A stretch of DNA of 52,593 bases from a virus (taxonomy: Duplodnaviria; Caudoviricetes), in the IMG/VR virus record IMGVR_UViG_3300050119_000254, positions 1 to 52,593 of that record. One strand, given 5' to 3'. Under the pieces are notes generated by a model. The model saw nothing but the letters and a program-made list of their open reading frames with translations, did not search any database and was not told the origin of the DNA. Position numbers and translations under genes: made by a program. Below, one piece after another: positions 38,602 to 47,312 of the stretch (the stretch's first letter is position 1; each line of letters starts with the position of its first letter).

Positions 38602-38923
38602 ATTTACCGTGACCGCCTTGCGGCGCCGGGCGGAGGCGTCTGGGGTCTGTTAGTGGGCCTCATCGCAGGCTTAGCATCATAAGTCAGTTGGCCGATGAGC
38701 GGACGCGATGAGTCCAGCTTGGTGTGGACGCCCATGATTCTGTGCTTTTTCATTATTACCAGTATTCCTGGAAGTACCAAGTCGGAAAAGGACGCATCTC
38801 GAAGTGATCATGTGCAACGCGCTCATGAAGCACTTTACCATTCGATAGCTTGACAGTTGCCGTAGAGCAACCACACAAGATGCTGCAAGCTACGATGATA
38901 ACCGATTTCATATAAAGAAATAG

Positions 38924-39029
38924 TGTGGCGGGCGGGGATCGAACCCGCGCGAGTGAAGTGGCTTATGTTCCACCCATTAATCGGCAGCAGCCGCGCCGCC
39001 CATTGCGTTTACCATTACGCCACCGCCAC
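38924..39029 (-). tRNA. atypical tRNA-like RNA (anticodon not assignable)
   Basis: acceptor stem GTGGCGG/CCGCCAC, D arm GCGT-AATGGTAA-ACGC, T arm GCGGG-TTCGATC-CCCGC; ~55 nt non-canonical middle. Confidence 0.65.
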
Positions 39030-39033
39030 CTAA

Positions 39034-39546
39034 TTACTTGATGCTCGTTCCTTCAACGCCGCGCGCCAATCTTTCTTTGGTGCGGCGATGTAAGCATTCC
39101 AGCGCTTTCTCCAGATGATCGAGGGCTTCGGCGTTGTCGGCGCACGCATATTGACCGGCTTGGAACCCGCGCAGCCGGTCGATGTTGACGGCCAGAAGCG
39201 CCTCGCCACTGATTCCGTTCACACCGTGTTCGTTGATTGGACCGTTTTGGAAATAGATCTCGCAAAGCGCGCAGGATCGTTGCCATGATCCTACGGCGTT
39301 CAGAAGTTTATCTGCCACTTGGCTGGCCTCTTCTGAGGAAAACTCTCCTGTCGGTCTGGGACTCCAGCACATGCTGGCCTCTCCGATCGACGTAAAGATG
39401 AGGGTTTTGAGATCGTCAACCGGCGTCTGGTGGGTTGGGACGATTTGGTAGCTGTGGCAGGCGCCACCATGTCCGGGTTCATCCAGCACCAAGATGTCGA
39501 GGGCGTCGTTGAGTCCGTTTAGTTTATGGTCGTGTAATGTTCTCAT
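39034..39546 (-). CDS. tad1: Tad1-like anti-Thoeris/CBASS signal sponge with internal insertion
   Basis: G.GGA.H.Y, FQNGP..E.GVNG, DRL.GFQAG.Y.C..NA.AL.HLE.AL..L..R...R..RGVEGT. Confidence 0.85.
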   Translation of the reverse strand: MRTLHDHKLNGLNDALDILVLDEPGHGGACHSYQIVPTHQTPVDDLKTLIFTSIGEASMCWSPRPTGEFSSEEASQVADKLLNAVGSWQRSCALCEIYFQNGPINEHGVNGISGEALLAVNIDRLRGFQAGQYACADNAEALDHLEKALECLHRRTKERLARGVEGTSIK

Positions 39547-39833
39547 GGGTCAGATTTCTTGTATTCGTGCGTTGAGTCGGCGCCATAAAGGGCGGCATAT
39601 TCTTGTTCGGTGATTTTGGTCCACACGTCGTTAGCCCGTGACCGCTTGAAGTAACACCTTGGCAGCGGCCCCGATTTGGGGATGGTAATGCCACGCATCG
39701 TCATCGAATCGCGCGCCTTGATGAAAGCGACAAGATCGAAAAGCGCCACCCAAATGAACTGCAAAAGGGCGCAGCAATACAAAACCATCACCGATATCGA
39801 GACACCGATTCCGATGATAAGGTTAGTGTTCAT
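39543..39833 (-). CDS. small membrane protein
   Basis: N-terminal hydrophobic helix. Confidence 0.55.
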   Translation of the reverse strand: MNTNLIIGIGVSISVMVLYCCALLQFIWVALFDLVAFIKARDSMTMRGITIPKSGPLPRCYFKRSRANDVWTKITEQEYAALYGADSTHEYKKSDP

Positions 39834-41119
39834 GCGGCCTTGGCGGGTGGCAACAGTGATTTTCTGGGGCTGTCGCTAGCCATTACAATCTTAGGGCCAG
39901 CGAAGTCGGTGTCCTCCACGTCCTCGATGTCTTCGGCGCCCTCCTCCATCATCACAGCCTTGGTCCACCTGTCCATATGCGATTTAACGACGTCCGGATT
40001 CTCAGCCAGGAACATCGGCCATTCGTGGCGAGCAAACGACACCTTGTCGGGAGGACCGGACGGCGTTACTGGGTTTGGCACCTCCATGAAGTAACGACCG
40101 CCCGCGACCTTGAACGCCTTGACGACCTTGTTGAGATGTTCGAACGTTCCCCAGATGTCGGACAGTCCGGACCGGCTACCCATCTTGGGGGCGAACAGCA
40201 CCGGCAGGACGATGCGGCGAAGCGGCGGGGCCAGCTTATTCTTGATAGTCTTGAACGCGACCTTAAGCCCATCAGGTGGCAGCGGATTGTCGTCGTCGGC
40301 GGCATTGGGTTTGAAGTAGAACGAGCCAGCCGGTGACGTCTTGATCCGGTAATCGGCCCAGAACTTGAGCGCTTCGCCGCCCGGAGACTCATCGTCGACG
40401 AACGATGGCTGATTCATCTGATGGCGGATCTGGTTCAGGATCATCAGGAACGTGTTAGTGCATTGCAGCACTGGCTTGAGCTTTCTGAACGTCCTGGAGA
40501 GCAGCCGGGCAATCGCGGCCCTGGACGCCACCTCGTCGAGCCCCTTGTCCATCTCCTCCTTGGTCTCCAACCCGGCCAGCGAGTCAACGACGATGAAGAT
40601 CGGGGTGTTGGGCGCCGTCGCCGCAACATCCTCGACCATCGATATGACCTTGCCAAACAGCCGCTCAGCGTATGGTGACCATTCCCACGACATCCGTCCG
40701 CTCTTGAACACCGGCACCCGGCATCGCTTCTTTTCGTCCACGGCCTGCTCCTGGTCGAAGTAGAACCCAATCCCGGTCGGGAAGGTGTTCAGGAACGTCT
40801 CCAAGCAGGTCTGGGCGAATTCGCTTTTGGCCGTCTTGTTGGGGCCGTAGACTTCGCAGACGCGACCGCTTCCGAACCCCCCGTTACCCAAGATGGCGTC
40901 CATGAGCCGGAGCCCGGTCGGGAACCACATCTTGGGTTCGGTGAAGTTCTTGTTGTCGGGATCACCGTAGATGAAGCTCATGTCGCCTTCCTTGACGTCG
41001 ACGTGGCGGTCCCGGATGGTGCGCAGCAGGGCTTCCGCCGAGAGTTTTGCGGCTCCCGGCTTGGGTTTGACGGGAGCAATCTTGACCGGCTTCGGCCCGG
41101 GCTTTGATGTCGTTGTCAT
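39830..41119 (-). CDS. RecA/UvsX-like recombinase
   Basis: PTG...D..LG.GG...GR..EVYGPNKTAKS, VVDSL, LNQIR, PGGEALKF, KNKLAPP. Confidence 0.92.
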   Translation of the reverse strand: MTTTSKPGPKPVKIAPVKPKPGAAKLSAEALLRTIRDRHVDVKEGDMSFIYGDPDNKNFTEPKMWFPTGLRLMDAILGNGGFGSGRVCEVYGPNKTAKSEFAQTCLETFLNTFPTGIGFYFDQEQAVDEKKRCRVPVFKSGRMSWEWSPYAERLFGKVISMVEDVAATAPNTPIFIVVDSLAGLETKEEMDKGLDEVASRAAIARLLSRTFRKLKPVLQCTNTFLMILNQIRHQMNQPSFVDDESPGGEALKFWADYRIKTSPAGSFYFKPNAADDDNPLPPDGLKVAFKTIKNKLAPPLRRIVLPVLFAPKMGSRSGLSDIWGTFEHLNKVVKAFKVAGGRYFMEVPNPVTPSGPPDKVSFARHEWPMFLAENPDVVKSHMDRWTKAVMMEEGAEDIEDVEDTDFAGPKIVMASDSPRKSLLPPAKAA

Positions 41120-41123
41120 CTGG

Positions 41124-42458
41124 TTAGACGTCGACCGATTGGATTTTCTTCAGGCGCTCCATCAGCGGATTGCTAGGGACCGACTGCGGGTCATCACATC
41201 CGGTAGCTTCATCCAGCACGATCGCCTCAGCTTCCTCGCCGGTCTCGGCTAGATTTTCGTCGACGCCCGGATCGATAGCTTCTTCCTTGGCGGGAGCAGG
41301 CTTTGAGCTCGGGCGTGCAACCATTTTCTTGACCGCGTTGTCGGGCGTCGGCGTCCGACCAATCAAGCTGACACGGGCCTTGGGCTGAGCATCAGCGGTC
41401 TCTGACTGACCGACTTTAACCACTTCAGCTCCTTTGATCTGGTCGTCTGGATGAGTTGAGCCTGACGGTACACGGGTGGCTGCGCCGGTCGGCCTTTGAA
41501 CAGTTGGCCGCGTGGACGTGGATTCTGCAACGGGCGCAGTTTGCTGGCGGCGAGCTGGCGGTGTGATGATGCGTTTAGCTGGTGGGTTAGCGGGCGCCCC
41601 TTGGCGATCACCCCCACCTCCGCGACGGTGCGTTTGATCGAAATCATCGTCATTGTCGCCGAGATTACGTTGGGCGCCGTCCTCAGGCTCTCCGCGCAGC
41701 ACCGTCTCGACCATGGCGTCGTAAGCGATCTTAAGCTTATCGTAATCCTCGAAGTCGACGCCCGCTTCCAGATCGTTGATGGATGCGATGGCGTCCTCAA
41801 TTTGCTGATCGGTGTCGCCAATCGACGATTGCCGCAGGTCGATGCGAGTATCATAGGACGAGAACCCGCGCACTTTCTTGCGCGTGATCAGGAAGTCCCA
41901 CCCTTCATATCCATCCAGCACAGCGTCACCATGGTTGGCGTAGTAGCTTTCGATGACGCTGAACACCGTCTTGGGAGCGCTGAACTTCCGAACGATCCGG
42001 CTTTCCTCCTCGCGACTAATCACGTTCAGCGCGTAACTGACCCGGAACAAACAGTTCTTAATGACGGCTTCCGCCGTTTCGATCTCGGCCCGGCACGCTT
42101 TGCTGGGGGACGCCTTCATCTCGGCCTTGAGCTTGGATTCGATCCCGCGCCACTCCTCCAACCCCTCGCAGAACGGACATGGCTGCTTGAGCCCTTTCGC
42201 TGGGCAGTCATACGGCATCCTGCCGCGCGGTCCCTGAACCCAGTGTTGCGCCTGCGGGACATACCACTTCTTGCCGGACCGTCCGAACGTTCCGGGCAGC
42301 ACCCGGACAGCGTGCGGCATTCCATCCTCTGGGACCTTGAACGTCGGGGTCCCGCTTCCCTCACTGAAGTTTGCTTTGTCCTCAGCCATTTCGGCGGCCA
42401 ATTCTGGGTCGATTTCCGCCCGCTCTTGCTTGATGATGATTTTGCGATGTTGTTCCAT
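41124..42458 (-). CDS. single-stranded DNA-binding protein (T4 gp32-like)
   Basis: VRVLP, H..CP....CPFCE, NV, G.DF, SYD; adjacent to recA. Confidence 0.8.
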   Translation of the reverse strand: MEQHRKIIIKQERAEIDPELAAEMAEDKANFSEGSGTPTFKVPEDGMPHAVRVLPGTFGRSGKKWYVPQAQHWVQGPRGRMPYDCPAKGLKQPCPFCEGLEEWRGIESKLKAEMKASPSKACRAEIETAEAVIKNCLFRVSYALNVISREEESRIVRKFSAPKTVFSVIESYYANHGDAVLDGYEGWDFLITRKKVRGFSSYDTRIDLRQSSIGDTDQQIEDAIASINDLEAGVDFEDYDKLKIAYDAMVETVLRGEPEDGAQRNLGDNDDDFDQTHRRGGGGDRQGAPANPPAKRIITPPARRQQTAPVAESTSTRPTVQRPTGAATRVPSGSTHPDDQIKGAEVVKVGQSETADAQPKARVSLIGRTPTPDNAVKKMVARPSSKPAPAKEEAIDPGVDENLAETGEEAEAIVLDEATGCDDPQSVPSNPLMERLKKIQSVDV

Positions 42459-42576
42459 ATCTGGTTTAGTTTAAATGTTCGGCAGATCCGCGATGGTGGC
42501 TGCTCAACGGCAGACGGATATTAGCTGCGTAACAATCAGAAAGAACGCTGATGCGTCCCGAAGATGTTGCCATCCT

Positions 42577-43056
42577 TTAATCGAGGCGTTGCAGCATCCT
42601 TGGCATTTCAGCCCGAGCGTTGGCCCCAATGCCGACGATCATGTCCTGCTTGCTGGTAAACGCTTTTAACGCCGACTTGATGATGGCGGCTTTGAGCGCC
42701 GCCGCCGCCGCCATGTCCTCAAGATGTTGATAATCCTCATCCAGCTCAATCGCGCTTTTAATCGCGTCCACGGTGGGCTTGGGCTTGGCGTCGGCGTTCA
42801 GCCGGGTGTAATGGAAGTATAATTGAGCATGCTTGCGCGACACCGCCTTATCGAGCGCCGAGGAATCGGCCTCCGCGACCGCGCACGCATATCCGATCGT
42901 GGCTAGCCAGGCCGCATAGGTCTCATACTCACCAGCGATGTTGTCAGAATCCATCGGAAGCAGTAGCGAGAACGGGATCGGATGGCCGTCCGGCGTGGTC
43001 AGCTGCGGTAAATCGTCCGGGCTGGGCAGGAAATGTCGGTTGATGGCGTCGCTCAT
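42577..43056 (-). CDS. UvsY-like recombination mediator
   Basis: helical; KPTVDAIKS.I..DEDY..AF..K..M; gene context. Confidence 0.6.
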   Translation of the reverse strand: MSDAINRHFLPSPDDLPQLTTPDGHPIPFSLLLPMDSDNIAGEYETYAAWLATIGYACAVAEADSSALDKAVSRKHAQLYFHYTRLNADAKPKPTVDAIKSAIELDEDYQHLEDMAAAAALKAAIIKSALKAFTSKQDMIVGIGANARAEMPRMLQRLD

Positions 43057-43067
43057 GGGTCGAAATT

Positions 43068-43337
43068 CTAAGGTAGCTCAAGATCCTTGACTGAGGACAC
43101 GAACTCTTGCTCGATATCCTGCGCCAGCGCCGCTTGCGGCCTGTTCTTCATCCGCTCCTTGAACATCGATAGGACTTTGGCGATAGAGGATTTCACATCC
43201 TCTGGGTGCGTTTGTCCGAGATCGGCGGCCACAACCTGCCACAGCGACATTGAATACAGCTTTATATGGAGCCCTAAAGCTTCGCGCTCCATGTCTTCGA
43301 GAGTGTCTTGACACGATTTGAAGATGTCGTTGCCCAT
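43068..43337 (-). CDS. hypothetical protein ending DLELP
   Basis: ORF in operon. Confidence 0.55.
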   Translation of the reverse strand: MGNDIFKSCQDTLEDMEREALGLHIKLYSMSLWQVVAADLGQTHPEDVKSSIAKVLSMFKERMKNRPQAALAQDIEQEFVSSVKDLELP

Positions 43338-43340
43338 GGT

Positions 43341-43742
43341 TTACTTTCGTTTACAATGATCCATATGAGCGTCGGCGGCATGGAAGTGCTTGGTCGGATG
43401 CGGGTCTAGCTCGAATGCCAGCAGACAGTAGTTGGCAGCGTCGACCAAGTATTCAGTGTTACCGGTGTCCTGGTAACACTGGATCTTGGCTCCAAGCGCC
43501 TTCACTAGGTCCCATTGCTGGCCCTTGGTGACTTCTTTACGCTGCTCCTCAATCGTGCCATAGCGGAGCGCTCCCATGAGCAGCCGGTTCCTCATTAACT
43601 GTTCAAACGCCTTGGACCATTGGATGCGCTCCAGTTTTGGAAGGTCGGCAGCCGTGAACTTCGACTTCTGGGCCATCGCTAACCCGGCGCGCTGATGTAA
43701 CCTATCGCGAAGGATGTCGTGGATGTTGGGAGGGTGTTTCAT
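43341..43742 (-). CDS. phage hypothetical protein
   Basis: NRLLMGALRYG..YQDTGNTEYLVDAANY. Confidence 0.65.
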   Translation of the reverse strand: MKHPPNIHDILRDRLHQRAGLAMAQKSKFTAADLPKLERIQWSKAFEQLMRNRLLMGALRYGTIEEQRKEVTKGQQWDLVKALGAKIQCYQDTGNTEYLVDAANYCLLAFELDPHPTKHFHAADAHMDHCKRK

Positions 43743-43744
43743 CG

Positions 43745-45343
43745 TTACCAGATTATCGAGTCATTGAACCATTTGGGAGCCAGATCACCGCTCCTTGACC
43801 ATAGGTTCGACAAACCGGCGTCAAGAATAAAGGTGTCGCAATAGTCTTGATCATGACGGACCGACCGCCCGCACCCTTGGATAATGGTCTTGACAGCCTG
43901 CCACCCATACCACTCCTGATCATCTTCCATTCGGGCCTTCGTCCAAGGGTCCCCTAGGTATGCGTAAGGAATCTTGGGCCAAATGGTGAACCTGGAAAGA
44001 TCATCGTAGAGATCAAGCCCCTCGGTCATCGACGGGCTCAACAGCACGGTCGGACGATCTGAGTGAAGATGTTCATCGATCAACGCCTGGCGATCCGATT
44101 CTGGGCGTTGCACGAGCAGCCGGTCGCTATATCGCATCAGACGATCGGCCAACTGCTTAGTGAGAGCGAAACTATGTGAATGAATCACTCCGCGTTGATC
44201 CTTGTAGGAGTCTAAGATTTTGGCGATTCGGTTGACCATCGGCTCTAACGACGTTGCTAGGTTGTTACGATCCATTTTGGCGACCGGGCAATATCGGACC
44301 CTCCGGTTCTCAATCGGGAATGGGCTGCCCATCGCGATCCGGTGACAGTCGTCATCACCGATTCCCATCCATTTCGACATCTGGCGGACTGGCGGCATGG
44401 TGGCGCTGGTCATCCAGATTCGCTTGCCGAGCGGCTTCACGAACTGTTCGAATAAGTCGTTGGCGTAGAGTGGCCTGCACCGGAACCCAGCTTTGTTGCG
44501 GGCTTGATCAACCTCATTCAGCGAGAAGATCCAGACCTCGGACCGGTGATAGGATTGCAGGAAGTAGTCAACGTTGCGGACCACGTTGTGGAGCGTGATA
44601 AACTGCCGGGCGGCCTGCTGATCAGTTCCGTCGCTCATTTCATCAGCCAGCTGACTGAGCTTTACCTCGGCGGGTGGCAACATGTCCTCCAGAAACGTTG
44701 CCGCTTCCTCGATCGACTCCGGCCAGCTTTCATGATAGTCGACCAGCTTGGTGATCTCGCCAGTGATATGGGCTTCCGCCGCGTCGATCAGCGCCCCCTC
44801 TGTGTAATGCCCTTCGTCGAAGGCCAGCACATTGTGGAGCGGGTTGAATCCGTCACTCCGTAAGGCGGCGAAAAAGTAAGCATAGTTGGTAATGCCGATC
44901 CGACTCTCTAAAAATTTACGCTTGGCCCACTTATATTCGCAATTTTGATTTCGGCATTTTACGGCGGAGCCAGACTGGCAATCGGCCCCACGAAATGCTG
45001 TGCACGGATAGTTGGCTGAGCCTTTAAGCACTGGAAAGTCTGGCCAGTCGCGCGCAAGTTGATCTTGGAGAAGCTTTTGAGGCGTTAGTAAGATGCCGGA
45101 ATGCTTGGAGGCTACTGCGACATTTATCGCTGATTTCCCCGTTCCACACGGTAAGTCACATAAAACAATCTGAGGAGGTTCCGGAAGCGCGTCGACGCGG
45201 TCCATTTCCCGTAGCACTGTTAGCTGTTGCGGCCTCGGCGAAGAGCGAAAGTTCCAGTGGGACTCATAGGTCCCCGGCTTGGTGCGGAACTCCGGTGGCA
45301 GATCCAGTCCGTGCTCCTGGACGTCTTCGTCGTAATCGGTCAT
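43745..45343 (-). CDS. DinG/XPD-family SF2 helicase
   Basis: PCGTGKS, Fe-S-type Cys cluster, DEGH, SAT, EGLD, QGCGRSVRH. Confidence 0.92.
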   Translation of the reverse strand: MTDYDEDVQEHGLDLPPEFRTKPGTYESHWNFRSSPRPQQLTVLREMDRVDALPEPPQIVLCDLPCGTGKSAINVAVASKHSGILLTPQKLLQDQLARDWPDFPVLKGSANYPCTAFRGADCQSGSAVKCRNQNCEYKWAKRKFLESRIGITNYAYFFAALRSDGFNPLHNVLAFDEGHYTEGALIDAAEAHITGEITKLVDYHESWPESIEEAATFLEDMLPPAEVKLSQLADEMSDGTDQQAARQFITLHNVVRNVDYFLQSYHRSEVWIFSLNEVDQARNKAGFRCRPLYANDLFEQFVKPLGKRIWMTSATMPPVRQMSKWMGIGDDDCHRIAMGSPFPIENRRVRYCPVAKMDRNNLATSLEPMVNRIAKILDSYKDQRGVIHSHSFALTKQLADRLMRYSDRLLVQRPESDRQALIDEHLHSDRPTVLLSPSMTEGLDLYDDLSRFTIWPKIPYAYLGDPWTKARMEDDQEWYGWQAVKTIIQGCGRSVRHDQDYCDTFILDAGLSNLWSRSGDLAPKWFNDSIIW

Positions 45344-45377
45344 GGATTGACGAACGCTGGCGGGCTCTGGGGCGTTG

Positions 45378-45707
45378 CTATCGGGCCTCGTGCTTGCGAC
45401 CTGGGGCCAGCATGCTGGTCAGAATGATGCGGGTCTGGTCCATCATGTCGGCGAGCGCTAGGAAGCTCAGCAGATAGGAGATGAACCGGTAGGTCATCAA
45501 GATCAGGTGCAGCAGGATCGAGCAAATGGCCACGAACATGCTGACTAACATTGACTCAGTGACCGGTAGCTTAAGGCCAAAAACTGAATATAGGAACATC
45601 AGCATCGCTAACAGGCATCCTCCCGTCGATATCACAAGTTCGACGCCGACAAACAGTCGGGCATTCAAAGTGGTGGGAACTGGCGCAGGCATTGTCGGAG
45701 TGTCCAT
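45378..45707 (-). CDS. membrane protein
   Basis: two hydrophobic helices. Confidence 0.6.
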   Translation of the reverse strand: MDTPTMPAPVPTTLNARLFVGVELVISTGGCLLAMLMFLYSVFGLKLPVTESMLVSMFVAICSILLHLILMTYRFISYLLSFLALADMMDQTRIILTSMLAPGRKHEAR

Positions 45708-45746
45708 ATCTGAACGAATGCTGTTCGCACAAGACGGTGTCGCTTA

Positions 45747-45775
45747 TTGACGGACGATTTGTCACATGATAAAAC
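45747..45775 (+). promoter_or_regulatory. sigma70-type promoter, leaderless spacing
   Basis: TTGACG-17 bp-TAAAAC, 6 nt to ATG 45782. Confidence 0.5.
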
Positions 45776-45781
45776 TTGATT

Positions 45782-46436
45782 ATGAGGGTATACAACAAGG
45801 TCATCATATTAACGCGCACACGATTGAAATGTCCGCGCTGCGGCGCCAAAAATCTGTATCCAGTGTGAAACGGAAGATGGTGAAAAGCTGTGCAACATCG
45901 ATAGGTGCGTTCACGAATGTTTGATGCCCCCGTCCCCACCCTTATCCGCGCTGCCGCGCCGTAACCCACCTCCGCTCAACCCGGCATTAGAGTCGATGCG
46001 GTATCAAGGCAACGGGATGAGCGCCAATCTCGCTGATCGAAATGAATACGGATCGGTTTTTGTGCCAAGGCTGAAGCGATGGATGAAAGTGCCATATCAT
46101 GGTCGCCACTCATTGAACAGGGCTGAATATTTGGCCAGAGCCAATGCCCTCCCGTACACGGTTGAGTATCTTCGTAAATTGAAGCAAGTTCACACCAGTA
46201 AAATCAACCCATTGTGCGCCTGGCGACTGCCGTTGAACCTATCTGAGAAGCACCGGGTCGGTTTCCTTAACGCTCTCGACGCCGCAGCGGTTCCGGCCAC
46301 GTTTGAATATATAGTCGAGGCTATGAGACTCGACGCAGACGGGTGCGGACTGCAAAGGCTTGGTCGCCCCAAAGCAGTTAATAAGACTGTCATCGCAGCA
46401 ATCCGTGAGCTGCTCGATGAACTTGGCATCGAGTAG
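45782..46436 (+). pseudogene. Zn-ribbon hypothetical protein, frameshift near 45860
   Basis: CPRCGAKNLY joins QCETEDGEKLCNIDRC and ORF 45921 if one base is removed. Confidence 0.55.
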
Positions 46437-46519
46437 GTTGCAATCTATCTATGTTGACAGTGCGCGCAATCCGATAGTAGGTTGCAATCTATCTATGTTG
46501 ACAGTGCGCGCAATCCGAT
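46432..46519 (+). repeat. perfect 44-bp tandem duplication containing TTGACA
   Basis: AGTAGGTTGCAATCTATCTATGTTGACAGTGCGCGCAATCCGAT x2. Confidence 0.95.
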
Positions 46520-46521
46520 AT

Positions 46522-46842
46522 ATGAGCCCCGAGAAATTCAACACCCTGATCGAGACAAAACCTGAGCATATTAAGGCGCTCGTTGGTTGTGTTGACAAGT
46601 ATTTACACGACGCTGGTCAAAGCGTTGGTGAAGTGCTTGGTGATCCGGGCTGTCCGTTGCGGGATGCATATGATGCGGTTAAGATCGGAAGAGGCACAGA
46701 GGCGATTGGCAAAGAGCTTGCGTCATATCTTGATAGCGTGGCCTATGATTCTGGGCAATCTTATGAAGAGTGCTATAGCCGGGCAGTTATTCGAGCTTTG
46801 GCCGCGTTCGGATACAAAGATGATCAAGACGATCAGGACTAG
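46522..46842 (+). CDS. hypothetical protein with putative capsid-targeting leader MSPEKFNTLIE
   Basis: the leader motif points to ATG 46522 as the start. Confidence 0.65.
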   Translation: MSPEKFNTLIETKPEHIKALVGCVDKYLHDAGQSVGEVLGDPGCPLRDAYDAVKIGRGTEAIGKELASYLDSVAYDSGQSYEECYSRAVIRALAAFGYKDDQDDQD

Positions 46843-47105
46843 CCGATGAACGTCGTGGTGGAGCATGGCGTTGCCGCTCCACCCATGCTCGCTTGATCTC
46901 CGGCCCGGCAGGCAGGCTTACCTGCGAAGTTGACAGAGGGGCTGGCTGTCACCATTTTATCGGTGCATGATGGAACGGTAGTGGCAGCCACCCAGTCCCC
47001 AAGCCGCATTGCCAGCGCGCCGTCAATGAACACGCTGAAGTTGGTAGTCTGGAACGCGGCTCCGCCCGCCGAGTCATCCAACAGTCTCATGGCCCCGCCA
47101 GCCAT
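46839..47105 (-). CDS. PAAR-type baseplate spike tip (gp5.4-like)
   Basis: VFIDG..AMRLGD, SV..AGKPACRAGD. Confidence 0.85.
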   Translation of the reverse strand: MAGGAMRLLDDSAGGAAFQTTNFSVFIDGALAMRLGDWVAATTVPSCTDKMVTASPSVNFAGKPACRAGDQASMGGAATPCSTTTFIG

Positions 47106-47312
47106 TACCGGGTCCCCTTCTGCGCCTTGAGCTGCTCGGCCAGCCGTTGATGGTAGTCGAACATATTAGGCAGCGAAGTGCGCTCCAAATGTTCGAGCGA
47201 GTAACCGTGGCTAAGCGTGCACAGCTGGCTGACCATCTGGCGGTGGGTTGAGTGGCGCGACCTTAGGGCTGGTAGCGGGGTCCGGTCGTCTAGACCGGTT
47301 TCCACGAAAAAA
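47105..47312 (-). CDS. short ORF or frameshift extension of the hub/chaperone gene
   Basis: open frame overlapping the 3' end of 47211-48065 from a T6 run: FFVETGL..MVSQLCTLSHGYSLEHLE. Confidence 0.5.
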
